A model generated the notes under the pieces. The model saw only the letters and a list, made by a program, of their open reading frames with translations. It made no database searches and was not told where the DNA came from. From contig VGJC01000002.1 of the NCBI GenBank assembly GCA_016867635.1, forward strand, positions 1-59,843: a stretch of DNA of 59,843 nt, read 5' to 3'. Position 1 is the first letter of the stretch; every line of letters begins with the position of its first letter. Below are positions 8,616-17,734 of this stretch, in pieces. A program made the translations under genes and the position numbers. This stretch comes from Candidatus Aminicenantes bacterium (GTDB lineage: Bacteria > Acidobacteriota > Aminicenantia > Aminicenantales > Saccharicenantaceae).

Positions 8616-9770
8616 CTACCGATTGCGGATCGGGCCGATCACTTCCCGCGATATCACCAATCTCTGGACCTCGTTGGTCCCCTCGTAGATCTGGAGCAGT
8701 TTGGCGTCCCGCACCAGCTTCTCCACCGGATAGTCCTTCATATAACCGTAGCCGCCGTAGATCTGAAGGGCCTCCAGGGCCGTCTTCATGCCCACGTCCG
8801 AGCCGAAGCACTTGGCCATGGCTGATTCCTTCCCGCAGGGTTTCCCCCGGTCCATCAGCCAGGCGGCCTGCCAGACGAGCAGCCGGGCCGCCTCGACCTC
8901 CATGGCCATCTGGGCGATCTTGAAGGCCGTGGCCTGGAGTGTCGCGATCGGCTTGCCGAACTGGATACGGGTCTTCGAGTAAGCCACGGCGTACTCGAGG
9001 GCCGCCCGGGCGATCCCGACGCCGGCCGCGCCGACGGCCGCGCGCGTCTTGTCGAACGTCTTCATGGCCACGGTGAAGCCCAGCCCCTCCCGGCCGAGGA
9101 GGTGGTCCGCGGGGACGCGGACGTCCTCGAAGAAGAGCTCCGTGGTGTTCGACGCCCGGTGCCCCAGCTTGTCCTCGACCTTGCCGACGGTGATGCCCGG
9201 GGTCTCCCGGGGAACGAGGAAGACGCTCAGTCCGCGCGCGCCCTTTTCCGGGGCCGCGTTGGCGAACACGACGTAGAGACTGGAAACGCCCCCGTTGGTG
9301 ATGAAGCACTTGGAGCCGTTGATCACGTAGTGCGCCCCGTCCTTGCGGGCCGTCGACTTGATGGCCGTCGTATCGGAACCGGCCTCGCGCTCCGTCAGAC
9401 AGTAGGAGGCGAAGGCCAGGTCCTTGACGAAGGGCGCGAAGAACCGCTTTTTCTGGTCCTCTGTCCCGAAGAGAAGGATCGGGGTGAAGGCCAGGGAATT
9501 GGCCATCATCGTCGTGTACATCCCCGCGCAGCCCCAGGACAGCTCTTCGCTGACCAGGACCGTTTCGAGGTCCCCGAGCCCTCCTCCCCCGTATTCGGCC
9601 GGGACCGTGCACGTCAGGAAGCCGACCTCGAAGGCCTTTTTCATGACGTCCTCGGGGAAATCGTGGCCGCGGTCGTACTCGGCGGCCCGGGGGCGCATTT
9701 CCTTCTCCGCGAATTCATGGGCCATATCCCGGAGGGCGATCTGATCTTCGGTCAAGCTGAAATCGATCAT
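8616..9770 (-). CDS. Acyl-CoA dehydrogenase (short/medium-chain type)
   Basis: 384 aa with full-length ACAD-like sequence (...LTEREAGSD..., C-terminal ...QIYEGTNEVQRLVI...). RBS AGGAGA lies before ATG 9770. Confidence 0.9.
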   Translation of the reverse strand: MIDFSLTEDQIALRDMAHEFAEKEMRPRAAEYDRGHDFPEDVMKKAFEVGFLTCTVPAEYGGGGLGDLETVLVSEELSWGCAGMYTTMMANSLAFTPILLFGTEDQKKRFFAPFVKDLAFASYCLTEREAGSDTTAIKSTARKDGAHYVINGSKCFITNGGVSSLYVVFANAAPEKGARGLSVFLVPRETPGITVGKVEDKLGHRASNTTELFFEDVRVPADHLLGREGLGFTVAMKTFDKTRAAVGAAGVGIARAALEYAVAYSKTRIQFGKPIATLQATAFKIAQMAMEVEAARLLVWQAAWLMDRGKPCGKESAMAKCFGSDVGMKTALEALQIYGGYGYMKDYPVEKLVRDAKLLQIYEGTNEVQRLVISREVIGPIRNR

Positions 9771-9827
9771 GGCTTATTCTCCTAGGTTCAACGAAGGTCT
9801 GTGGAGTCTCTTGGGGAAACGTCCGCA

Positions 9828-9856
9828 AGTTTACCGGATTCGAGGAGGACTGTCAA
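9828..9856 (-). promoter_or_regulatory. Putative promoter TTGACA-17-TAAACT for the acyl-CoA dehydrogenase gene
   Basis: On the minus strand: TTGACA (9856-9851, overlapping the radical SAM stop codon), 17-nt spacer, TAAACT (9833-9828). Confidence 0.45.
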
Positions 9857-12333
9857 TTCGGGTCCGCCCTGAGGACGATCTCGTCGCGCCTCAGGAGGAA
9901 GACCGGGTCGTCGATACCCAGGACCGCCCGGACGACGTCCTGGGGGCGGGGGCCCCGGCCCGGGGGGTCCAGCCGGAGATACACGCGCCGGCGACGGACA
10001 TCGAATTCCAGGTTGCCCGCGCCCGGGGTGGAGTCCCGGTATCCCTCCAGGAGCGGTTTCAGGTCCGCCCGCCCGAGGCCTTCGGCGTCGAAGGAATAGA
10101 TGAACTTGACCATCGCGTCGTGGAGAGACGGCGCCGACCGGTCGAGCCGGGTCAGGCTCGCGAAACGGACCCCCTCCGGCAGGGCCTTGTTCACCCGGGC
10201 CAGGAAATCCGCCTCGTCCATGATCCGGGCGGAACGGAACTCGAGGACCTCCCGAAGACCTTCCATTCCCAAAGGAAGGGCCGGCCCGTAGGAGAGGTCC
10301 ATTTTGGGATGAAAGCCTTCGGTTTGGCGGACCTCGATGCCCGCCCGCCGGAAACCTCTCTGGAGGACGTGGATGAGGTCGATATGGGACAGGTAGCGGG
10401 ACTTGCGGCGCTTTGAATAGACGGCCCGGTAACGGGACATCTCTTCCGAAGGCTTTCCGAGCCGCGGCTCCGGCGCCGGCAGGGCGCTGATCCGCGCGGG
10501 CCGGTCCGGCTTTTTCCAGAACCGGAGCTCGCACCCCCCGCACTCGGCGCAGGACCTCTCCAGACAGGAAGGCGAGGGCTCCCCCCGGAGGGCCAGGTCG
10601 AGCTCGCGGGAGAGATGGGCCTTGGACAACCCCGAGTCGATGTGGTCCCAAGGGAGCCTCTCCTCCCGGCCCAGGGCCCCGAGATAATCCCGGAAATCGA
10701 CGCCCTCCTCGTCGAAAGCCTGTCGCCAGAGGCCGGGGTCCAGGCGGTCGTCCCAACCGTCGAACCGGGCGCCCTTGGACCAGGCCCGGGCAAGAACGGG
10801 CCCGAGCCTTCTGTCCCCGCGTGAAAAAACGGCTTCGAGGACGGACGTCGCGACGGGGTGGCGCTTGACCTCCACGGAGCGGTGCCTGCGGAGCTCGGCC
10901 CGGACGTAGTCCTGCTTCTCCAGAAGGCGCCCTTCATCCTCCATCCCCAGCCACTGAAAGGGCGTGTGCGGCTTGGGGATGAACGAGGACAGGCTGACGT
11001 GGATGCGGGGGGGCGCCCCGAGGATCGACCGTCCGAGCTCAAGGGCCTTCCGGACGAGGGAGACGACGGCCGCGAGGTCCTCATCGGTCTCGGTGGGCAG
11101 CCCGGCCATGAAATAGAGCTTGACCAGCTTCCATCCCCCTTGAAAGGCGAACGTCAGGGCGTCCTCGATCTCCCGGTCGTCGAGCTTCTTGTTGATGACC
11201 TTTCGGAGGCGCTCGGTCCCGGCTTCGGGGACGAGGGTGAACCCGGTTTTGCGGACCCTCAGGATGTTCTCCACGAGGTCCCGGGACAGCCTCCCCGGAC
11301 GGAGCGAAGAAAGGGACAGGGAGATCCTGTCCTGGGCCAGCTCGTCCATGAGACAGCGGACGGTTCCCTCGAGATGGGGGTAATCGCCGATCGACAGGGC
11401 CGAGAGGGAAGCGTCCTCGTATCCCGTCCGCCGGAGGCTGCGGACGACCGTTCTGTGAACGACATCGGGATCCTTGGCCCGATGGGGGAAATAGACGCTC
11501 GCGGCCTGACAGAAACGGCAGTTCTGGGGGCAGCCCCGGGCCGCTTCGACCGCGACGCGGTCGAACACCACGCGCAAGCTGGGGACGACGATCTTCTCCG
11601 GGAAAGGGGACCGCCCGAAGCCCCTCAGGACCCTTTTCCGGATCCGGGAGGGAGCGTCTCCCCGCGGCTCCGGGACGACGAGCGGCGACGCCCCGTGAGC
11701 GACCGGATGATAATGGGACGGGACATAGACTCCGTCGATCCCTGAAAGCTCGCTGAGCAGCGAAGACCGGTCGCAGCCCGCTCTTTTGAGCGCCCGGACG
11801 GACCGGACGATCTCCGGAAAGGCCTCTTCGCCGTCGCCCAACAGAAAGAGATCGATGAACGCGGCCAGCGGCTCGGGATTGAAGGCCGCGGGCCCTCCGG
11901 CGATCACCAGCGGGCATCCCTCCCCCCTTTCAAGGGCCCGGAGCGGGATGCCGCCCAGGTCCAGCATGGTCAGGACGTTGGAGTCGTTGAGCTCGTAGAG
12001 GAGCGAAAACCCGACGATGTCGAACTCCCGGAGGGGGATGCCGTTCTCGAGGGTGGTCAGGGGCATGCCCGCCGCCCGCAGCTCCCGTTCAAGATCCGGC
12101 CAGGGGGCGAAGACGCGCTCGGCGAGAACGTCCCGGTCCCGGTTCAGCAGGGAGTAGAGGATCTTCTGCCCGAGGTAGGACATCCCGATCTCGTAGACGT
12201 CGGGAAAAGCCAGGGCCACCTTCATCAATCGGGCGGACGGCCTCTTGCGGACCTCGTTCCATTCCCCGCCCACATAGCGGCCCGGCTTCTCGACCCGGGA
12301 CAGGATCTTCCGCAGCTCGGGGTCCTCAGACAT
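9853..12333 (-). CDS. Fused uncharacterised radical SAM protein (B12-binding-like/radical SAM N-terminal part, TIGR03960-like, plus DUF2344/TIGR03936-like C-terminal part)
   Basis: CxxxCxxC cluster motif in ARGCPQNCRFCQA. The C-terminal ~230 aa (...RYLSHIDLIHVLQRGFRRAGIEV..GFHPKMDLSYGPALPLGMEG...) resemble DUF2344. The start overlaps the rodA stop by 8 nt. Confidence 0.85.
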   Translation of the reverse strand: MSEDPELRKILSRVEKPGRYVGGEWNEVRKRPSARLMKVALAFPDVYEIGMSYLGQKILYSLLNRDRDVLAERVFAPWPDLERELRAAGMPLTTLENGIPLREFDIVGFSLLYELNDSNVLTMLDLGGIPLRALERGEGCPLVIAGGPAAFNPEPLAAFIDLFLLGDGEEAFPEIVRSVRALKRAGCDRSSLLSELSGIDGVYVPSHYHPVAHGASPLVVPEPRGDAPSRIRKRVLRGFGRSPFPEKIVVPSLRVVFDRVAVEAARGCPQNCRFCQAASVYFPHRAKDPDVVHRTVVRSLRRTGYEDASLSALSIGDYPHLEGTVRCLMDELAQDRISLSLSSLRPGRLSRDLVENILRVRKTGFTLVPEAGTERLRKVINKKLDDREIEDALTFAFQGGWKLVKLYFMAGLPTETDEDLAAVVSLVRKALELGRSILGAPPRIHVSLSSFIPKPHTPFQWLGMEDEGRLLEKQDYVRAELRRHRSVEVKRHPVATSVLEAVFSRGDRRLGPVLARAWSKGARFDGWDDRLDPGLWRQAFDEEGVDFRDYLGALGREERLPWDHIDSGLSKAHLSRELDLALRGEPSPSCLERSCAECGGCELRFWKKPDRPARISALPAPEPRLGKPSEEMSRYRAVYSKRRKSRYLSHIDLIHVLQRGFRRAGIEVRQTEGFHPKMDLSYGPALPLGMEGLREVLEFRSARIMDEADFLARVNKALPEGVRFASLTRLDRSAPSLHDAMVKFIYSFDAEGLGRADLKPLLEGYRDSTPGAGNLEFDVRRRRVYLRLDPPGRGPRPQDVVRAVLGIDDPVFLLRRDEIVLRADPN

Positions 12334-13420
12334 TCGCGAACCGCCTCATCCTCACGTTCAGGATCAGACCGCAGGCGACGTAGCTCGCGAGGAGGGAGGA
12401 TCCCCCATAGCTCAGGAACGGGAGGGTGATGCCGGTGACCGGGAACAGACCGATGATCATCAGGATGTTGACGAGGAACTGGAAGGCGATCAGCAGGGAA
12501 GCCATGAAAACGATGTAGACCCCGGCCCGGTCCCTCGCTTTTGTCACCGACCGGAACATCCGGAGAAGCATGAAAAAATAGAGGGCGATGACCGTGAACA
12601 CGCCCAGGAACCCGAACTCCTCGCCGACCACGGAAAAGATGAAATCCGTGTGGCGCGCGGGCAGGAAGCGGAGCTGGATCTGCGACCCGTTCTTGAAACC
12701 TTTCCCGGTCAGGCCTCCGGAGCCGATGGCGATCTTGGACTGGATGACCTGGTAGCCCGATCCCCGAGGGTCTTGATGGGGGCTCACGACGGTCGCCAGC
12801 CTCCTTTTCTGATAGTCCTTGAGCCCGTAATTCCAGCCGCCCACGCCGATCGCCAGGGACAGAAGGAGAAAGACGGCGATCGTTCTTTTCTTCATCCCGG
12901 CCAGAACGAAGGCCCCGCCGGCGACGGCCGAAAAGGCCAGGGCCGTCCCCAGGTCGGGCTGAAGGACGATCAGGAGGCCGGGGACGGCGGCCAGAAGCAG
13001 GGCCAGGGCCGTGAATCGGGGCGTGAGATAGGCGCTCTTGTATTCGGCGAAGAGCCGGGCAAAGAGGAGGATCATGACGATCTTGGCCATCTCCGACGGC
13101 TGGAACCGAAAAGAGCCGAAGGCGATCCAGCTTTTCGTCCCCGAGATGAGCCTGGCGAAGACCAGCAGCCCGGCCAAAAGGGCGACCGACAGGCCGTAAA
13201 AATAGGGCGAAAAGGCGACCAGGAACTTGTAGTCGACCATGACGACGAGGATGAGCGCGATGAGCCCGGCGCCGACCCAGGCGAGCTGTTTCAGGTAGTA
13301 TGCCCCCGGCACGAAATGGGAGGCGCTGTAAATGAAGAGGACCCCGACGAGCGAGTTGATGAGGACGAGCCCGATCAGGACCCAGTCCACTTCCTGGACC
13401 AGACGCCGATCGATCATCAT
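12326..13420 (-). CDS. rodA: Peptidoglycan glycosyltransferase RodA (SEDS family)
   Basis: Start set at MMIDRRLVQEVDW... (13420), which overlaps the mrdA stop by 4 nt. Multi-TM FtsW/RodA/SpoVE sequence. The N-terminal 298 aa of listed ORF 12326..14314 are a shadow of mrdA. Confidence 0.92.
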   Translation of the reverse strand: MMIDRRLVQEVDWVLIGLVLINSLVGVLFIYSASHFVPGAYYLKQLAWVGAGLIALILVVMVDYKFLVAFSPYFYGLSVALLAGLLVFARLISGTKSWIAFGSFRFQPSEMAKIVMILLFARLFAEYKSAYLTPRFTALALLLAAVPGLLIVLQPDLGTALAFSAVAGGAFVLAGMKKRTIAVFLLLSLAIGVGGWNYGLKDYQKRRLATVVSPHQDPRGSGYQVIQSKIAIGSGGLTGKGFKNGSQIQLRFLPARHTDFIFSVVGEEFGFLGVFTVIALYFFMLLRMFRSVTKARDRAGVYIVFMASLLIAFQFLVNILMIIGLFPVTGITLPFLSYGGSSLLASYVACGLILNVRMRRFANV

Positions 13421-15204
13421 GGGCCTTGAAGCTCCTGGAAGAGGGAGAAGAGCCGGCCGGCCAGAGGGGCGGCCGTCGCGCCCCCCCCTCCCCCGTATTC
13501 GACCAGGACGGTGACCACGATGCGCGGGTCGTCGCGGGGAGCGAACCCTGAGAACCAGGAGTGGGTCTTGATCTCGATCCCGGCCTTGGCCAGTTTTTCG
13601 GCGCGCTCCCGGCTCATGACCTGGGTCGAGCCCGTTTTGCCGCAGACGTCCATCCCGGCGACGAAGGCCGCCCGGCCCGTCCCCATGTCGTTGACCGATC
13701 TCCACATGCCCTCGATGATCGGACCGTAGACGGCCGACTTGAAGGGGGCCTTCGCCCCTTTTCCGGCGTCCTGGTCCGCTTTGAGGAGATGGGGGCGGAT
13801 CCTGGCCCCCCGGCCGGCGATCAGGGCCGTGAAGGCCGCGACCTGGAGAGGGGTCATCTGGAGCTGTCCCTGGCCGATGGAGACGGAGATCGTCTCGCCC
13901 GGGAACCAGGGTGTTTTGAGGGTCTTCGCCTTCCACTGGGAGCTCGGGATGAGCCCGTCCTTCTCCCCGGTGAGATCGATCCCCGTTCGGACCCCGAGGC
14001 CGGCCCGTTCCCCGGCCAGGGCGATCATGTCGATCCCCATGCGCCGGCCGAGCTGATAGAAGTAGATGTTGCAGGAGTTCTTGATGGCATCGGACAGGTC
14101 CATGGACCCGTGTCCCGGCTGGAACCAGCAGGCGAAAGGCGAGCCGTAGATCACGGTCGAGCCGCCGCAGAAGACGGTCGTCCGCTCGTCGACGTAGCCG
14201 AAATCGAGCCCGCCGAGGGCCATCAGAAGCTTGAAGATCGAACCGGGGGCGTACAGCCCGCGCACGGCCCTGTTCTCGAGCGGCGATAGAGGGTCGTTGA
14301 CCAGCTGAAGCCACTCGGCCGGCGTGAACCGGGTAATGAACCGGTTGGGATCGAACGTCGGGAAGCTGGCCATCGCCAGGACTTCCCCCGACCGGGGATC
14401 GAGAGCGATGATGACGCCCTCCCGCCCCTCGAGGAGCTCCTCGGCCCTCTCCTGGAGCCGGGCGTCCAGGGTGAGAACGACATCCTGTCCCTGAACGGGG
14501 TTTCTCCTGTCCCGTTCGCCGTGACCCCGGCCGAGGCTGTCGACGATCTCGATGAGGTAGCCATCCTCTCCCGTCAACCGGTCGTCGTATTGCCTCTCGA
14601 TGCCGGTCCTGCCGCCCATATGCCCCACCTCCGTCCGCGCTTCCCGAAGGGCTGACGCCTCTTCGGGCGTCCGTTCCTGCAGGTATCCGAGGACGTGGGC
14701 GGCCAGCGGCCCATGGGGGTAGAAGCGCTGGGGCTCGGAGTCGACGACGAGCTCGGGGAATTCCAGGCGGCGGCTCTCGATGGGGGCGACGTCATAGGGC
14801 CCCAGACCGTCCTTGACGACGATGGGCTCGAACGCCGGGAGGCTCTTGAACGCATCGATCCGGCCCCGGATGGCCTCCTCGCCGGTCTCCAGGAGCCGGC
14901 CGACCGCCGCGTAGGACCCCTCCATGTCGACGACATTCTCCCGGACGTAGGAAACCTTGAAAGCGGCCCTATTGTCGGCCAGGATGACGCCGTTCCTGTC
15001 GCGGATCAGTCCCCGGGGGGCCGGCAGGGCCCGCACGCGGGTCCTGTTCGATTCGGCCAGGTCCCAATATTTCTTGTGCTCGAGGATCTGGACGTTCCAA
15101 TAGTAGAAAAGCGCCAGAACGATCAGGACGGCGATGATCCGGAAGACCGTGTTGGCCCTGCCGACCACCGTCGACAGGTCTTCGTAGATCTTCCCTTCCG
15201 GCAT
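13417..15204 (-). CDS. mrdA: Penicillin-binding protein 2 (elongasome transpeptidase)
   Basis: Start set at MPEGKIYEDLSTVV... (15204). Motifs SIFK (SxxK), SCN (SxN) and KTGS (KTG) are present. Confidence 0.92.
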   Translation of the reverse strand: MPEGKIYEDLSTVVGRANTVFRIIAVLIVLALFYYWNVQILEHKKYWDLAESNRTRVRALPAPRGLIRDRNGVILADNRAAFKVSYVRENVVDMEGSYAAVGRLLETGEEAIRGRIDAFKSLPAFEPIVVKDGLGPYDVAPIESRRLEFPELVVDSEPQRFYPHGPLAAHVLGYLQERTPEEASALREARTEVGHMGGRTGIERQYDDRLTGEDGYLIEIVDSLGRGHGERDRRNPVQGQDVVLTLDARLQERAEELLEGREGVIIALDPRSGEVLAMASFPTFDPNRFITRFTPAEWLQLVNDPLSPLENRAVRGLYAPGSIFKLLMALGGLDFGYVDERTTVFCGGSTVIYGSPFACWFQPGHGSMDLSDAIKNSCNIYFYQLGRRMGIDMIALAGERAGLGVRTGIDLTGEKDGLIPSSQWKAKTLKTPWFPGETISVSIGQGQLQMTPLQVAAFTALIAGRGARIRPHLLKADQDAGKGAKAPFKSAVYGPIIEGMWRSVNDMGTGRAAFVAGMDVCGKTGSTQVMSRERAEKLAKAGIEIKTHSWFSGFAPRDDPRIVVTVLVEYGGGGGATAAPLAGRLFSLFQELQGP

Positions 15205-15212
15205 GGCCGGCC

Positions 15213-15713
15213 TCAGGTCTCCCGCCGGCGGGCCAGGATGCGGCGCTCGGCGGCGATGAGCGCGACGCCCAGCAGCGCGGTAACCGGAGGCTGCAGGAGG
15301 ATGAGGCCTCCGTGGAGGTTGACGGGCTCCTGACGGACGACCGCCGAGAGGAGCATCCACGCCCCGAGCTCGAGGGTCGACACGACCAGCAGGAAGGCGC
15401 CCGCGCGCGGGAACGGGGAGATATCGATCCGCCGCGCGACATAGCCCGTGAAGAAGCCGAGCAGCGTCTTGGTCAGCCCGGCCAGGCCGAAGACGCTGAG
15501 CGAGAAGGCGTCCTGGGCCAGGCCGCAGGCCGTCCCCAGGAAGGCCCCGAAGACCTCGCCGCGTCGGACCGAGAAGGTGACGACCACGACGGAGAAGGCG
15601 TTGAGAACGACGAGCACGGACGGCCCGGCGGAACCGGCGAGGGAATATAAGAGGACGGCGGCCGACGTGCCGAGCACGGCCCGGAAGATATCCTTGAGAA
15701 CCGTTTCTCTCAT
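15213..15713 (-). CDS. mreD: Rod shape-determining protein MreD
   Basis: 166-aa polytopic membrane protein between mreC and mrdA. ATGA overlap with mreC. Confidence 0.85.
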   Translation of the reverse strand: MRETVLKDIFRAVLGTSAAVLLYSLAGSAGPSVLVVLNAFSVVVVTFSVRRGEVFGAFLGTACGLAQDAFSLSVFGLAGLTKTLLGFFTGYVARRIDISPFPRAGAFLLVVSTLELGAWMLLSAVVRQEPVNLHGGLILLQPPVTALLGVALIAAERRILARRRET

Positions 15714-16549
15714 TTGTCGCCTCCCTGGACCTGGGGCAGGACGGCCACGGCATCCAGGGTGTTGAACCGGAAATGCGGCTGAACGAGGATCTTCCTGAAC
15801 AAGGGCAGGGACGGGTCTTTCTGGATGGACGCGATCCGCCCGACCCTGAGGCCCGCAGGATAGATGCGGTCATGACCGGTCGTCTGGAGATCTTCCCCGA
15901 CCGCGCCTCCCGTCGTGCTGGCCAGGACGTAGCGCAGCTCGCAGACCGAACCCGACAGACCGGTGATCGAGCCGACCAGCCTGTCCGTCCCCGAAATGAC
16001 GCTGACGCTGCTTTCCTTGTCCGTGATCAGCTGGACCATGGCCTCCCGCAGGCTCACCGGGTCGATCGTCCGTCCCACCAGGTTGCCGAACTTGTCGCAG
16101 ACGGCCATGTTCTTCTTGACCCCGTCCAGGCTCCCCTTGTCAAGGACGAGGGACCGGAAGGGGTTGGAGCTGTCGATCCCGATGACCCGGGCCGGGATGA
16201 GGCCGTCCCGGAAGCGTTCGAGGCTCTCCCGGATCCGGGCCTCGGACCGGAACAGTCCGAGCCGGTCCTGGAGGAAGCGGTTCTCCTGTTGGAGAAAGAA
16301 GTGGTCCTCCTTGAGCTTGCGGTTTTCCGCCCTCACACCCCGGAGGTCGAAATAATCGAGCCAGAAGGACCGCACTCCGCGCACGGCCCCGACAGCGGCC
16401 CGCTGGACCGGCGAGAAGACGAAAAAAACGGACTTTTCGAACAGCGACTTGTCCTGGCCCCGGGGGATCTGGAGGGAGATCAGGATCAGGTGGAATACAA
16501 CGAGGGCCGTCAAGAGCAGGATGTTCTGTCTCTTATCCCAAAGGGGCAT
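15710..16549 (-). CDS. mreC: Rod shape-determining protein MreC
   Basis: N-terminal TM helix, coiled-coil (...ENRKLKEDHFFLQQENRFLQ...), then a beta-rich domain. Operon position fits. Confidence 0.9.
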   Translation of the reverse strand: MPLWDKRQNILLLTALVVFHLILISLQIPRGQDKSLFEKSVFFVFSPVQRAAVGAVRGVRSFWLDYFDLRGVRAENRKLKEDHFFLQQENRFLQDRLGLFRSEARIRESLERFRDGLIPARVIGIDSSNPFRSLVLDKGSLDGVKKNMAVCDKFGNLVGRTIDPVSLREAMVQLITDKESSVSVISGTDRLVGSITGLSGSVCELRYVLASTTGGAVGEDLQTTGHDRIYPAGLRVGRIASIQKDPSLPLFRKILVQPHFRFNTLDAVAVLPQVQGGDK

Positions 16550-16580
16550 GGAACCTCACCAGCCCTCGAGGCCCCGGGCC

Positions 16581-17612
16581 TCAGATGAGGGAGATCTTTT
16601 TCAGGAGGTCGAGGTCGTCGAGCATTTTCCCGGCCCCCAGGACGACGGTCGTCAACGGATCTTCCGTGATGAAAACCGGCAGCTGGGTTTCCTCGCGGAT
16701 CCTCTTGTCCAGGTTCTTGAGCAGCGCCCCGCCGCCCGTTAGGATGATCCCCCGGTCGATGATGTCGGCCGACAGCTCCGGCGGCGTCCTCTCCAGGGCG
16801 ATGCGGATGGCGTTGACGATGGCGGCCACGGTCTCCTCGATGGCCTCGCGGATCTCCTGGTCGTCGACGACGATGGTCCTCGGGATCCCTTCCCGGAGGT
16901 CCCGGCCCTTGATCTCCATGGTCATCGGCTCGTCCAGGGGGTAGGCGGACCCGAGCTGCATCTTGACGATCTCCGCGATCCTCTCGCCGATGAGCAGGTT
17001 GTATTTCTTCTTCAGATAATGGATGATGGCGTCGTCCATTTCGTTGCCGGCGACCCGGATGGAATGATTGAAGACGATCCCGTCGAGGGAGATGACGGCG
17101 ATGTCCGTGGTCCCGCCGCCGATGTCCACGATCATGTTGCCCGTCGGCTCGGAGATGGGCAGGTCGGCCCCGATGGCCGCCGACATGGGCTGCTCGATGA
17201 GATAGACCTCGGAGGCCTTGGCCCGCATGGCCACGTCCTTGACGGCCCGCCGCTCGACCTGGGTGATGCCGGTCGGGATGCCGATGACGATCCTCGGCCG
17301 GAGGAGGAACCCCCGGTTGTTCATGGCTTTCTTGATGAAGAAGTCAAGCATCTTCTCGGCGACCTCGAAGTCGGCGATGACGCCGTCGCGCATGGGCTTG
17401 ATGGCCATGACGCTCGTCGGGGTCTTGCCCAGCATCTCCTTGGCCCGGCCTCCGACGGCCTCCACCTTCCCCGTCAGTTTGTTGACGACGACGATGGACG
17501 GCTCCTGGACGATGATGCCCTTCCCTTTGAGGAAGACCAGGGTATTGGCCGTCCCCAGGTCCACGGCCAGGTCGCAGAAAAGTCTGTCTTTCAACCAGCT
17601 GAGAATGGTCAT
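16581..17612 (-). CDS. mreB: Rod shape-determining actin homologue MreB
   Basis: Start set at MTILSWLKDRLFCDLAVDLGTANTLV (17612). Full-length MreB-like sequence. Confidence 0.95.
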   Translation of the reverse strand: MTILSWLKDRLFCDLAVDLGTANTLVFLKGKGIIVQEPSIVVVNKLTGKVEAVGGRAKEMLGKTPTSVMAIKPMRDGVIADFEVAEKMLDFFIKKAMNNRGFLLRPRIVIGIPTGITQVERRAVKDVAMRAKASEVYLIEQPMSAAIGADLPISEPTGNMIVDIGGGTTDIAVISLDGIVFNHSIRVAGNEMDDAIIHYLKKKYNLLIGERIAEIVKMQLGSAYPLDEPMTMEIKGRDLREGIPRTIVVDDQEIREAIEETVAAIVNAIRIALERTPPELSADIIDRGIILTGGGALLKNLDKRIREETQLPVFITEDPLTTVVLGAGKMLDDLDLLKKISLI

Positions 17613-17734
17613 GTTGGCACTCTTTCCACCGGGGGAATATGTAGCACAATTCCCGCCCCGAAGCAAATCACGGTCTTGACATTGGTTCCGGACTTCAAAT
17701 ATACAATAGGAAAATTCCCCGCAAGGAGCGTGCG

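Noticed and set aside
12326-15873. Listed ORFs 12326..14314 (662 aa) and 13417..15873 (818 aa) taken at face value as giant RodA and PBP2 proteins with long N-terminal extensions.
   Set aside because: The extensions are Arg/Pro/Gly-rich shadow sequence overlapping the upstream gene. Internal ATGs at 13420 and 15204 give canonical-length proteins with the normal N-terminal TM helices and 4-nt/8-nt operon junctions.
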